Below the pieces are notes generated by a model. It did no database searches, had not been told where the DNA came from, and saw only the letters and a list, made by a program, of their open reading frames with translations. From assembly GCA_964247055.1 (NCBI GenBank), contig OZ176055.1:3410001-3474000 (forward strand): a DNA stretch of 64,000 nt. The letters run 5' to 3'. The first letter of the stretch is position 1. Each line of letters starts with the position of its first letter. Shown one piece after another: positions 1-12,833 of this stretch. The position numbers and the translations under genes are program-made. The DNA is from Paragordius varius (Eukaryota; Animalia; Nematomorpha).

Positions 1-2
1 CC

Positions 3-2147
3 GTATCTAACCATCAAACATCCTTATCTAACAATAATAATCACAATATAGCTGCTGATAACAATAATAATGATTATTTTAACAATTATAACAATTATTA
101 TTTAAGCCATTTTTTCCCGACCACAATTAACCTTGACAACAATGGATGTGCAACAAATCCCATATCAAATTTTGTGGGTTCGTTTGATGGGAGAACAACC
201 AATGCATGCCTCAGTACATTACTGGCAAACATGAGTAACAATGTTTCCAATAATTGTCCATTATTAACTGGTAATCCTAACGGAGGAGGTCAAATTCAAC
301 TTTGGCAGTTTTTGTTGGAACTTTTGAGTGATGAACGGAATGCCGACTGTATAGCATGGGAACCGGAAGGCCTCCCTGGAGAATTTAAGCTCTCCGACCC
401 TGACAAAGTAGCCTGTAAATGGGGTAAACGCAAATCAAAACCCAACATGAATTATGATAAAATGTCACGTGCTCTTAGATACTACTATGATAAACGGATT
501 ATGACTAAGGTTCATGGAAAACGTTATACATATAAATTCGATTTTTTCGCTCTTGCAGCCAATCAAGCTGCCCACTATCATAATCACAGCAGCACGAATC
601 AGCATACCAATGCCACGAATAATGGTTTCGTGTTTAATAACAATAACGGTCAACAACATGTAAAAAATAATAATGGCTCCAACTGTTATTACTATAGTAA
701 TGGTTGTACGGGAAATCCGTACCCGACATGTATTGATCCAATCACTGATGCATACTTTCCACATTTACCGAATTCTTACAAAGACCAAAATAATTATCCT
801 TGGTGTTTGTGCCGAGCCAGTTCCACTTTTGAGAATGGCCTTTATGATCCAATCAAATTTTTACGCAACGCTGAGAATCAAGTATCGAAAAAACCGGCCA
901 GTAATATTAATGAAAATACTGCAACTCCGAAACATGAAATAACATTTGCATCACTCGGTCATAAAAGTCCAAATTATAATGATACTATTGGAGATACGCG
1001 ACAGGTTCATGGAATAGAAAGAATGCTAGAGAAAATGAAAAAAGCAACCTACGAAAAGGTAAATAACGGGTCGAAGTTTGATGCAAAAAAAGAATTTTTG
1101 GCTAAAGGAGAAAAACATTCACTAAATGATGAACAAGATGAAGAAACTTCTATACAATTACGACATAATTACCGTAGAGACCAACAGAATCAAACTAAGC
1201 GACATAACAAGCGAATCAATCGTAATGAGGAAAGCCTTTTAAAGAATAATTTATGTAATATGTCCCCAGTAAAATCTGTTGCACAATCTAATAAACTGGA
1301 TGAACGCGTGATCCCAACAAAAAATTATACAAGGGAAGAATTAAGCCCAACTACGGCGATAAATACTGAAGATTCCCGTCCCACATATTATCCAACCGTA
1401 AAAGCCAATGAAACCATTGCATTCCTAAATAAATTGGGATGGAGAGAAACGTTTGATGTGTTTAACAGTTTGCAAAACTATCAGCCATCAACGGTACCTA
1501 AAGGGTTCACAACGCAGTATAGAAATTGGCAATTCAATGATTTGCACCTGGACACGGAAAACAATATAAATACGTTCGAGAGCGATGATGCGACAAAAAC
1601 AACTCGTTCTCGAAAGGATTTTACTATATCATCAACAGCATTATCTAACATAAATGATCGGAGTCAAAATAATAAAATTGTCTCAAATATAACCAATGCC
1701 GAAGAAACCAAGATATCTCTATCGACTTCAATGCCTAAATTCACAAATTCCACGTTAATGAATGGCGGAAACAACAGAACTGAAACCGAATCGCAAACTG
1801 GGCATTATAATTTTAACCTTAACACGGGTGGTAAGACTTACAATTACATCTACAATAACTTTGGGGGTCAAGGAAACAACAATTTTTACAGCATAAACAT
1901 CAACACAGTAATTAATCATGCCGGAGTTATCGAAGGGGTAGGCGGTTATTCTGGCACTTCACCTCATGTGCCGACATACGCGCCTACAACGCCTATCTAT
2001 CATCCACCAGCATTGTTGAGTACGAATAGTATCAACAACATACCACCTACCATGTACTCTCCCAATCACAACAATAATAATAATTCAGCGACATATTATT
2101 GGCATACTACACCAGCTCACCCCTATCCAAATTATAATTTGTCATAG
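3..2147 (+). CDS. erg: ETS-domain transcription factor, ERG/FLI1/FEV subfamily (5'-incomplete)
   Basis: The frame of ORF 174..2147 is open back to position 3, so the gene begins outside the window. The ETS domain at about 282-547 ([17 protein letters not shown]...[38 protein letters not shown]) matches the ERG/FLI/FEV signature. C-terminal HPPALL...[13 protein letters not shown] resembles the ERG tail (HPPALP...PYWNSPTGGIYPN). ERG versus FEV assignment is tentative. Confidence 0.9.
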   Translation, partial: VSNHQTSLSNNNNHNIAADNNNNDYFNNYNNYYLSHFFPTTINLDNNGCATNPISNFVGSFDGRTTNACLSTLLANMSNNVSNNCPLLTGNPNGGGQIQLWQFLLELLSDERNADCIAWEPEGLPGEFKLSDPDKVACKWGKRKSKPNMNYDKMSRALRYYYDKRIMTKVHGKRYTYKFDFFALAANQAAHYHNHSSTNQHTNATNNGFVFNNNNGQQHVKNNNGSNCYYYSNGCTGNPYPTCIDPITDAYFPHLPNSYKDQNNYPWCLCRASSTFENGLYDPIKFLRNAENQVSKKPASNINENTATPKHEITFASLGHKSPNYNDTIGDTRQVHGIERMLEKMKKATYEKVNNGSKFDAKKEFLAKGEKHSLNDEQDEETSIQLRHNYRRDQQNQTKRHNKRINRNEESLLKNNLCNMSPVKSVAQSNKLDERVIPTKNYTREELSPTTAINTEDSRPTYYPTVKANETIAFLNKLGWRETFDVFNSLQNYQPSTVPKGFTTQYRNWQFNDLHLDTENNINTFESDDATKTTRSRKDFTISSTALSNINDRSQNNKIVSNITNAEETKISLSTSMPKFTNSTLMNGGNNRTETESQTGHYNFNLNTGGKTYNYIYNNFGGQGNNNFYSININTVINHAGVIEGVGGYSGTSPHVPTYAPTTPIYHPPALLSTNSINNIPPTMYSPNHNNNNNSATYYWHTTPAHPYPNYNLS

Positions 2148-2682
2148 TTAATTGAGTTTTGTATGGACAAATTTTTTTTCTCGTGTAGAAACATTTTCAA
2201 GTTGACATTATTGGTAGCCTCAAATTGTAACATAAATTATTGGATTTGGTGCCTATATTAATTGCTGTATGGTAACATATATTGTTGAAACTCCCGTGCT
2301 TTGATTTGATATGGTTTTTGAGGCTAACATTAACGCCAGCTCAAAAATGTCCCTTTCAGAGCAAAAATATATACAATAGCTAACATATATCAATTTATTT
2401 ATTCTATAATATATATCATCTAAATTTAAGCACCGAGCCTTAATATCATCTCGCCATACTAAATATATATTTCATACTTTATCTTTATGTGTAGAATTAT
2501 ACATATATACCTCTTATTTAAAGTTGTAATTTTTAAAAGTGCAATTTACATTTTAGATTGTAATAATAATTTAAACTGTGCAATATACATTCCTAATTAT
2601 TTAATAAATTTATTTATGTAAATATATACATATATAATTATTCATATTATTTCGAAAAATCAGTTCCACTCAAGTTTATTTT

Positions 2683-5600
2683 CTATCTAACAGGCTTCAT
2701 TTTCCATAACCCATCATTGAGGTAATGCAAATTATCAATTCCGATTCCTTTGTTAATTTCTTTTCTAAAAATGAATATTGTATAAAACATAGTGCATTAA
2801 CACAAATAAAAATATGTTTGAATGATACTCAACAGCAAGCATCAAACAATCCTGCCAAAGTGTGATATTTTTAGTACGCTATAAAAGTTTTTAGGAGCGG
2901 ACAAAGAATCAACTAATATTTGAAACCTGTGGTTAACAATAAAATTTGATTGAATATTTAAAAAGGTTCTTCCCAAAGCTGTAAAACTTTGTCCTGTGAG
3001 AAAATGAATCATATAATCAAACATTCTTACAAAGCGAAACTCTTTTAACAACTTTTGCTTAAACCGAACCATATATAATGATGTGAAACCAAATTAATAG
3101 GAATGTTTTAAAATTTCCTTGTGTAACCATACTAAAGTTTGAAAAAAATGAGTTGTCCCAAACAATATTGGTAACTTTAATTAATCTATTTTTTCAGGAC
3201 ATAATGAGGCTATAAACACGTTTACGCGAATATTGGTCCAATTCAATTTATATATACGCCACCATTTAATTTTTATAATCCAATTTCTTCAACGATTATA
3301 ACCGTTAATGATCTTCTTCTTATTTGGAAATTAAACCATTGACCATTAAAACGGTATTATTGAATTAAGTTTGTGAAAATCAGTGTTCAAATTGGTTGAC
3401 CAATGCCCTCATTGATAAATAGATGTATGGATGAAGAATACTATTTACTATTAAAAGATTATAAATTAGGTCCCTTTTCAAACTTTTGTCTATCTTTACT
3501 TTAAATACACGTGCTATATTGCTTTAATGTGTTACACAACCGTGTTTTTTTGGAATTTGTTTAAAAAAACAAATAATAATTTCATCTAAAAAATATAAAA
3601 TAAGAAAAAAACTGGAACCAAAACTAATCTGTAAATATTGACCCAGAAAATCAGATTTTGGGTTAAGGCACATATAATATATAAAAATATTATATATCAA
3701 TTATAAAATAAAGTTTATTATAAGTGAAAAGGCATACATTTTACCGGAAGACATCTTCATTGAGCCAATCGCGACTGCATGTTCTTTTCCTTCAGCCATT
3801 ATTGCGTGTAATAGTTAAAGTTTGAGAGTTAAGGAAACATAGATTATTTTGATCATTAATTAACAAAAAAAACAGATATGAAAACATTCAAACCCCCTTT
3901 TTGTGAAACACATACGATTATAAAAATTTTTTTTTTAATTTTCAAGATTTAGAACTAGTTAATGTTCAACAAACACTTTCTTAAGAAAATACAAAAAATC
4001 TAGTAGAAGCATGTATTACATCACGTATATTCTACAATTGATTTAAATTTTTAATAAGCCATAATTTTTTTTTATAAAAAATTAGTTTCATACCAAAATA
4101 ATGTAAAATAGTTTGCGAAATATATATCCAAAAAAATATTGTTCACAAAAGATGTGTGACAAAAAACAAATTAACCTTACAAGGGACCCCTAAAAACCGA
4201 TTGTTCAACTTTCCAAAGAAAAAAAAATATTTTTCGCATGACATATTGATATATATAAAAAGGATATGACTATGGCATTCTCAGGGGCGTGACACATTTT
4301 TGCACCAGGGGAAGTTAAACCAGGGCACATAATATGTGCTCCGCTCAAGATGAATTTGATGGCTCCTTTATCGACGCGTTGGTGTGGTAACATAAATGGA
4401 TCTAAAAAAGAAAAATATTAATATACCTATTTAGATTTATATTTTTCCCTGCATTAATAATACATTTTATAATTTGAAAAAAATGTGTAATGTTTTGTCA
4501 GTATCATATATATATATTATCCATTTTAGAATTGAATTAAGCAAATTACGGAGATGAGTTTTATATCCGTATCAAAGTTTACAAATACTTGATCCTTATC
4601 GTGTAAAAAATTACAAGGGTTATAATCTGTATCATGGCCGTTTTGGTTAAATGATACTTATGATTTTTGGAATTTTTTCGCAATATATAGATAGATAGAT
4701 GTCTCTTGTCAAGGGGTCCCTTGGCATCCCGTAGTGACGGGGTTTAGGTGTTTGATCATTGCATTGAAGGATTTTTTGTTTAACCAGTCCCCGGCTTTTA
4801 TGTTTTTGGCCTGTAGGTCTTGGGTAATGTTTTTGTCCCATGTTATTGCTGGACGACCAACTCTGTTTTGTTTGTTTGGCTTAAGGTTTGTTATATTTTT
4901 AATCCAATTATCGTTATCTAATCTTTGAATGTGACCGTAATAGCCAAGTCTACGGATTTGAATATATAAATTGGTAGGATTTGTTTATCATGAGAGATTG
5001 TTAGCTTAAATGTATTTATCATTCTTTGTTCCATATTATCCAGCATATTTTCCTGTGTTTTACTTATTTGCCATGTTTCGCAAGCATAAGTTATAGTAGG
5101 TCTAACGCCAATTAGGTATATTTTGTTTTTTGTTTTTGTAGATATGTGTTTGTTGGTAAATATGTATTTATATTGGTTGTATCTACCCCAACCAATTCTT
5201 ATTCGATTTTTGATGGCTTCAGATGAACCTCCTTGAGCGGAAATGGTATCACCAAGGTAGGTAAACTTTTGTATTTTTTGAACTTCGCTGTCACCTATTT
5301 TAAGGTAGGATTCAGCTTCTATGGGTAGAATATATTGTTTGGATAGAGTAAATGGGGGGCATATATAATTATTATTATTTTTTAAAGTTCCATTTAATCT
5401 CGAACATGGTTTGTGTAACCAGCATTGACACTTAGTGCATTGGATGGAGTTTAGTTCCACATTTTTTGAGCATGCGCGGCATGGGCATTTGATTTGATCA
5501 GTCTTTTTGTCGCCTGTTATCATAACCTTAGTTTTTTGGATATTGATTGTGAGACCATGTCGCTCAAGGCAGGTTTTCCAAAGTTTGAACTTTTGACTGA

Positions 5601-8600
5601 GTTCGTTTAGATTTTCTGACGTTAACAATAGATCATCAGCGTAAATGAGCTCCCAAGGAAGACTAGTACGTATCTCATCACTGATGGTGTCTATTATTAT
5701 GGTGAATAGAAGGGGGCTAAGAACAGAACCTTGGTGTAGTCCTGTTGTGATATGGAATGGAATTGTGTACCCGAAATGTGTGTTAACACAAGTTTTACTG
5801 TTATCAAATAATAAATTTATTGCATCTATCCATTTGTCTACTCCTTTTTTTGAAGACATCAGAAAAAAGGCGTTCGAGGGATTTTATCGAACGCTTTCTC
5901 CATGTCAATAAATAGATGGTATAATTGGCTACCTTTAGAAAGATAGTTTTCTTGGAGGCGCCTTAATATAAATATGGGATCTGTTGTGCTGCAGCCTTGA
6001 CGGAAGACAAACTGCATGTTGTCAATATTAACTATGTCCCTTATTTTCTGAGCTAAGATTGATTCAAAAACTTTCATAGTATGTTCTAGGAGTTTAATTG
6101 GGCGATATGATGCGCAATTAAGTTTATTTCCTTTGTTTTTATATGGAATAGTCATACTATTTTGCCAATCGGATGGGATCTTATTCTCGATTATTATTTT
6201 GTTGAAAAGGGTTGTTAAAATGGAACCTTTAAATTTTATACTTTTCAATAAGTCAGCTGAGAGTTCAGATGGTCCTGCCGCTTTATTGTTTTTCATTTTT
6301 TTTAATGCGTTTTCTATGTCGATTTCATTGATGAGTGGTGTGGGGCCAATGTTATAAGGTAATATTGGCAGTTCGTCGACGTGATTTGATTTTAAAACTC
6401 CCTTCATATATTCAAGCCAAGTTATTTTCACGTCTTCAGGTGTGGTCATAGTTGTACCGTCTTTATCATTAATATATTTATTGGTTGGTATAACTTGCTT
6501 ATTTTGTATTCTATTTTTTAATTTTCTGAATATTCTCGAATTGGATGTATCTCTTTCAATTTCATCAGCTATTTCTCTGCTCCTCTTGTTCTTTTGGACA
6601 TCATCAACTTATTGACATATTTTTTATGATCTAAATAAGCTAACTTATCTTTATCGAGGCCTGATTTTTTCCATTTTTTTAACAATTCAAATTTTTTTCG
6701 ATGTGTGACATTTAATTTCATTTGACCACCACCATTTCTTTTGTAACCTACTGCATACTTTTTTCTGCCACAAACTTTAAGTGCAGTCTTTACTGCCCCG
6801 TTTTTTAAGGTGGTCCATATATTTTCAACAGTCATTTTCATCAGCTATATCTGTCTCATTTGGAAAGAGATTCATCTTTTCTGGTTTGGAGAGGGCATTA
6901 CTATTTATTTTAGCTTTTAAGACTTTATTTTTATTGTTTTTACTATTTCTGTAGTTCTGCTACTATCAAAGAATGTTGTGTTTCACATGCATAAGTCTTT
7001 ATGTTCTTTATACAATAGCGGTGTTTTTGATTGATTAGGACGTAATCAATCATTGATTCATTATCATAGCTACGATAGGTGAATAAAGCCTTATTTGGTT
7101 TTGTAAAGAAAGTGTTAGATACAACTAATAAGGAATTGCAGAAATCAAGTGTGGTTTCTCCTTCATCATCTCTAAAACCAAAACCATAATTACCATGAAC
7201 ATTTTCATAATCATCGTTTTTTGCTCCAACATGTCCATTCAAATCGCCACCAATTAGCACAATATCATTTGGTATCTCGTTGCATATATTGAATAACTGT
7301 TCCCAAAAAGCAGTTTTGTCAGATTGAGTTCTCCCTTTCTGTGGAGCGTATGCTGATATTACGTTAAATATCTGTTTACTGATGACTACCCTAAGTTGTA
7401 ATAATCTGTTTGAATGTCTGGTTATAGATACTATATTTTTTGCAAGTTCTACTTTCAGAGCAATAGCGCCCCTCCTTCGCTTGTTTTATCGCCTTGATGA
7501 AATAATTTATAATTTTCAATGACTTCGTTTCGTCCATCTTTATATCGTGTCTCTTGAAGGCAACAAATGGCTATGTTTTTGTTTGTGAGCTTGGAGATGA
7601 TAAATGGGGTTTTTCCTTTGAGAGATCCTATATTGTAAGTGGCAAACTTAATTTTTAACTGTTTCGTATTATTATTTTTAATGTGTGAGGGAAATCGTAT
7701 TAGTGGTGGTTTGTTTGGAGATGTATAATGTTCAGAATTAAACAGTTGGGTTTTATTATTGCGTTGATTTCGTTCAGTCATATTACATTAAGATTATAGT
7801 TATTAAATACAATATAATATATAAATTATGTATAAAAATAATAATATTTTTTTGGCGTTGGTGCAAGTAAGAAAATGAAATAAAATAGAAGTGTTTAAAT
7901 GCTTTTGTTGCAGTATAATAGTTGAAAATTTGGTTGCTTTGATCATATCATTATTAAGCAAATGTTTTATGATTGCATGCCTTTGCAATGTCAACCTCTA
8001 GCTCCGAGGAGGAGATAAACATTATTGGCGTTTACAACCTAGGGAATCGCCTTACCAGGCTAATAGAGTTCCCTTTCCACATTCTAATTTAGAATAATTC
8101 TGGAGTTGGGGTCTTGCATTATTATATATTGTCATGTTTTTGGCAACTGGTTAAAGCGCCAGAGAGCCCGCTTGAAATTTCGTGTAAATACAGGTATTAT
8201 GGCATTTTATAAGTCTTGACTTGCCAGGAACCAAAACCACCACACCCCACACATTCTTGACGCCTCTTCCGTTTGTCAATGTCCAGGGTGCACGACGGGG
8301 ACGTGGAAGAAGGACTTATATATGTTTATTATATTCAAAGGATATTTTAATATGATAAAAAAATATATTGTTTGTATATCACTATTATAATTCACAACTA
8401 ACTAATGAGTTAGTGGAAAGTGCATGCGCAATTTTTATTGGTTGTATCATAAAACTTGGAAATATTTAGTGTTTAAAAAGGCGTGTTTGTAAATATATTT
8501 GTTTGATTTGAAAACAATAGTTTTGTTTTGTTATTATAAAATTGATAATGTAGAGAAGAGTATAATATCTGGTATAAATTCTTTAATGATATGAATTTAA

Positions 8601-9944
8601 AACTAAAATATATGTCCAGATAGCTGAGCGCATAACATAGCTAAAAAATATTTGATACAAAAAATTAGTGCCAATTTAATTTATATTTGATATATCTATT
8701 TTAAAAAGTTGATGTTATAATAGTGTCGTAAGTAGTTATAGAGGTTGATTTAAACATAAATTAATGTGTATCAATGTATTAAAATCTAAGTAGTTAATAT
8801 AGAAAAATGATATGGGTATAAAACTCTAAAAGTAAAAAATATAATATACGATTTTGATAAACAATGTTATCCTTCCTGATTAACTTGTAAAATTCGATTC
8901 AATATAATCTATTTAATATTTTAAATACCTCATTTTAATATATTTCAACATAAATTTTAATCTATAAGGTTTAAAAGTTTCAAGCAGAAATTAATTAAAA
9001 ATGTATTTAACATTTCGATTCAAATTGGGATATCTAATTCTCCCAGACTAAATTTGAGTTAGGATTTTTAAAAAACTACTGAAGGAAACGGTTTTAATTT
9101 AAATTTATGCTTCTAACCCAAAAAAAATTATATGAATATGCCAAAATTTCGCAATGATATTTTGTTTTTAAAAAAAATTCTATGTCAAACTACTTCGATG
9201 CCATTTTTATTTTACAAAATTTTTTACAAAATATCGTTTTCATTTATTTTTAAGAGTAAATTTAAAGCTATTTTTTATTTAAATTATATCTAACATTGAT
9301 AGAAATAGAAAAAGCTGTTTAATTTGTATTATTTTTCAATTTTTCCATTGCACGCATGTCACGGTGACTAAATTTTTACCTCTCGGTTTTAGCAGCTTAT
9401 AATAAGTAATATCAAGTATTTTTGAATGAATTTTTTATATATTCCGGTTTATCAATGTTATATAAGTGCAATGCCATGGCTTCGATTCCTCCCATATTTT
9501 ATAAAGTATTCAATTTTAAAAAAGCCTGGGGTATACAACCCCAATTTGAATCGAAGTACCAAAATGAATGTCTTGTATCCAAGTGTTAATTACATTTTTA
9601 TTTTTGAAAAGCATTAATTTATAAAAAAAATTACATTTATGTAATAGTTTTAAGGTTGGTATATAGATATCTGAGGTGTCATGAAAAAATAAAAGATCTC
9701 CATTCAAATTTGCAACTAATTCAATATGATCATGGCTATATATAGATTTTAAACATACCATTTTATAATTTTGATCCCTTCTTTTTTAGGTATGATTTCA
9801 TCAATATAATCTCCAATGTTGTAATATTCCAAAACTTTATTTCTTATACTTTTTTGTAATGAGCTTTTAATTTGAGATACACTAGATACCATTTCCTTAT
9901 CATCAAATCTAAGTTTTGAATAAACAGGTATACTTTTTAAACAT
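2683..9944 (-). CDS. MCTS1: MCTS1 / MCT-1 (PUA-domain translation reinitiation factor), 6 exons, 181 aa
   Basis: complement(join(2683..2764,3738..3805,4268..4401,9635..9735,9759..9908,9934..9944)) = 546 nt. Translates [13 protein letters not shown]...KCHDHIEL...[44 protein letters not shown]...[52 protein letters not shown], colinear with animal MCTS1. Introns in transcript order: 25, 23, 5233, 462 (AT-AC) and 973 nt; all phases are consistent. Confidence 0.95.
3806..4267 (-). other. U12-type (minor spliceosome) AT-AC intron in MCTS1
   Basis: The 5' splice site is ATATCCTTTTT starting at 4267 and the 3' end is ...TATTACAC at 3806. Branch motif TTCCTTAAC at 3836-3828, with a second CTTTAAC at 3820-3814. 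Splicing joins ...AIV|AIMAEG... in phase 0, and no GT-AG pair at these junctions gives the conserved sequence. Confidence 0.92.
4687..8316 (-). mobile_element. RTE-clade non-LTR retrotransposon, near full length, frameshifted, within MCTS1 intron 3
   Basis: APE endonuclease motifs ([27 protein letters not shown]) at 7781-6943 and RT motifs ([39 protein letters not shown]) at 6449-4918, split over several frames. C-terminal GHIQR...GRP...W segment, an (ATCT)n 3' tail at 4700-4687, and a GC-richer 5' UTR up to about 8316. Confidence 0.9.
9011..9585 (-). mobile_element. piggyBac-like MITE (about 575 bp) flanked by TTAA, in MCTS1 intron 3
   Basis: TTAA at 9007-9010 and 9586-9589. Colinear in reverse orientation with the copies at 11494-12068 and 58728-59309. 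Confidence 0.8.
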
Positions 9945-10945
9945 GTTTGACAAATTAAGAGATGTTTTACAGATGTTCTTTACACTTATTATCCACGGTT
10001 ACCACTACATTGCTTTTTGGGGTAGTTTTATAAACAGAAGATTCAAAATTAAAGGTATCGGGTATTACAAATTTAAAAATCTTTTTTTAACTTTATAAGC
10101 GCATGTGTCAAAAAAAAATTCGTGCTTAAAATTATAAAATATAGCTCCTTCTCATACTTTTTCACAACCTTTAAATTTTTATAAACTCTATAAAATGAAT
10201 ATATAATAAGGGTAAAAATGTTAAACAATAATAATTAACAGCGAAAATTAATTTGACTAAGCAGCTGTCTGTTTCAATAGTGATTATCAACTATCCCAAT
10301 CTCAAACGCGATAAGTTAGACGACTTTAATAATATATTTTTTAATTAATACTGGAAAACAATTGTTTATAATCAAAATTAACCAAATTCAGACAGTTGTT
10401 ACTTTGTAAATTTAAGTTCTGGGGTAAACTGCCGAAAAATGGTAAAAGGTTAAGGGATTTATATGTTTCTATTTTATATGTAAATAATAGAAGAGGCTGA
10501 AAAAATTAAGTAGTCTTAGGATAGTTTATCTTAAGGTTATTATATTTGTTTTAATGTATTATTTTTAAATTGGTATTTTGAGAACACCATCAAGGTTATG
10601 TTTCAAGTTACTTAATCAGAAATTATATTTATATGTTAAAGTTTATTTTACAGTTATCTAGAGTCTATTGCAGAGTAAACTTATAAAATAATTAATCTAT
10701 TTTTATTTACAATAAATGCTTTTCTACTAGAAATAGATATTTTTCAGATATTGTAGTTTAATAAAAAAATTTTCTTTAAAATTTAAAAAGTTGCAACCCA
10801 AAACAATCAGTAAGGACAATAAACTTGCCTTTTAGTTTAAAAGTTAGCTTCCTCCAATAGTTTTTGCTTGGACAATTTTTAAATCCAAGGTTTCCAGCCT
10901 GATTCCTAACCCCAATTGATGTTTCTACTTTCTTTTTTATAACAA

Positions 10946-12068
10946 CACTTGGATACAACACACTCATTTTAGTCCTTCGATTCAAATTGGTGGAGTTGGA
11001 TACCCCAGGCCTGTAAAAAATTAAATTCTTTAAAAAATATAGAAGTAATAAACCATGGCAAATTTCACTTATCTTTAACTTTAATAAGCCAAATATAAAA
11101 AAATTTATTCAAAAATACTTGATATTACTTATTATAAGCTAAAACCGAAAGGTAAAAATTTCGTCAACGTGACATGTGTCAAATTGTAAAATTGAAAAAT
11201 TATACAAACTAAACCGCCTTTTTTATTTCTATTAATGTTAGATGTATATAAAAAATTAGCTTTAGTCTTACCCTTAAAATTAAATAAAGACGATATTTTG
11301 CAAAAGTTTTGTGAAATAAAAATGGCGTCGAAGTAGTTTGAAAGGAGCTTTTTTTTTTCAAACAAAATTTTATCAAGGTATTGTGGCTTATTTATATAAT
11401 ATTGGGACCGTTTTCCTTCAGTAGTTTTTTAAAAATATTAATTTTGATTTAGTCTGGGGTATTTAGATACCCCAATTTGAATAAAAGTGTTAACACTTGG
11501 ATGCAACACACTTATTTTAGTCCTTCGATTCAAATTGGGGTAGTTGGATACCCCAGGCGTGTTTAAAATCAACTATTTTAAAAAGTATGGTAAGGAATAG
11601 AAACCATGGCAAAATTTTGCACTTATATAACATTAATAAACCTAAATATATAAAAAAATTTATTCAAAATTATTTGATATTCCATATTTTAAGCTAAAAC
11701 CGAAAGGTAAAAATTTCGTCAACGTGACATGTCTCAAATGGTAAAATTAAAAAATAATACTAAATAAACCGCTTTTTCTATTTCTATCAATGTTAGATGT
11801 AATTTATATTAAAAATTGGCTTTAGTTTTAACCTTAGAATTAAATAAAGACGATATTTTGCAAAAATTTTGTAAAAAAAAATGGCGTCGAAGTAGTTTGA
11901 GATGGAATTTTTTTTTCAAAACAAAATTTTAGCAAGATATTTTGGCATTAATTTTTATCAGGATAGAAGCATAAATTTAAATTGGGACCGTTTCCTTCAT
12001 TATTTTTTTAAATATCCTAACCTAAATTTAGGCTGGGGTATTTAGATACCCCAATTTGAATCGAAGTG
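10946..12068 (+). mobile_element. Head-to-tail dimer of the piggyBac-like MITE (10946-11489 and 11494-12068) sharing one TTAA
   Basis: Junction ...GAATAAAAGTG-TTAA-CACTTGGATGC... at 11490-11493. The second copy ends ...CGAAGTG-TTAA at 12069-12072. The first copy's left flank reads ACAA instead of TTAA. Confidence 0.8.
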
Positions 12069-12360
12069 TTAATTGCGAGAATATTTTTATCTAAAATCTA
12101 TACATAGACGATTTCCAGATCACACATTGGACACTAAATTCGATATCTTTGTTGATTTATTGATTAAATTACGATTGTGTTAATGCAATATCATTACCGA
12201 TTTGCATTTATATGATTAGATTTGACAATCCTAATCTAATTTTAAATAGTTTTTTATGACCTAACTCATAATTAAGTTTTATAGTCAAAAATGTTGTCCT
12301 CTTTTTAGATTTTTTCTATTAAATCAAAGATAGGAGCATTTTAAATTTTCATTACTTTAA

Positions 12361-12833
12361 TACTTGGATTCAAATTTGGGTATCTAAATATCCCAGACTA
12401 TAGAAAGTTGAAGTTTTTTAGAAACTACTAAAGAAACGATCAAAATTTAATTTTATGCTTCGATAGATATTATAAAAATAACCCGAAATAAATAAAATTT
12501 GTGAAACACTAACTACTTAGACGTCATTTTTATTTTTAATTTTTTGAAAATATCGTGTTTATTTGTTTTTAAAGCTAAAATGAAATTTTTTATAAAAGTC
12601 ATTTATATAAACAGAAAAAGTGGTTTATTTTGTATAATTTTTAAATTTATTTAAGCACACATGTCTGACTAAATTACCTTGTTTTAACTTAAAATAAGTC
12701 ATATCAAATATTTTTGAATGTTATTATATATCTCTGTTAAATAACTATAAATGTGCAATTTTTGCCAGGTTTAAATATTTTTAATTGGTATCCAACTCCC
12801 CAATTTGAATCGAAAGACTGAAATGCATCCAAC
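12361..12833 (-). mobile_element. Degenerate copy of the piggyBac-like MITE
   Basis: TTAA at 12357-12360, then TACTTGGATTCAAATTTGGGTATCTAAATATCCCAGAC; the other end is GGTATCCAACTCCCCAATTTGAATCGAAAGAC. Right boundary approximate. Confidence 0.65.

Noticed and set aside
465-942. ORFs 465..764 (-) and 673..942 (+)
   Set aside because: Shadow or alternate frames of the ETS gene, with no motifs of their own.
3370-3420. Minus-strand INEGIG resembling the MCTS1 last-exon INKGIG (possible exon echo)
   Set aside because: Only six codons, no splice sites in the right places and no extended DNA similarity; compatible with chance.
3727-3737. MCTS1 last-intron donor GTATGCCTTTT resembling a U12 GT-AG donor
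   Set aside because: Does not match GTATCCTT, and there is no CCTTAAC near the acceptor at 2765; treated as U2.
5340-5500. PHD-like Cys/His cluster inside the RT ORF (CPCRAC...[12 protein letters not shown])
   Set aside because: Such an insert is a familiar feature of a subset of RTE elements, not a new fusion.
5645-6357. Plus-strand ORFs 5645..5911 and 6133..6357
   Set aside because: Antisense shadows of the RTE reverse transcriptase.
10946-12068. Recurring 30-60 bp palindromic repeats that might suggest a CRISPR array
   Set aside because: They are MITE termini separated by conserved, not unique, sequence in a eukaryotic genome with no cas genes.
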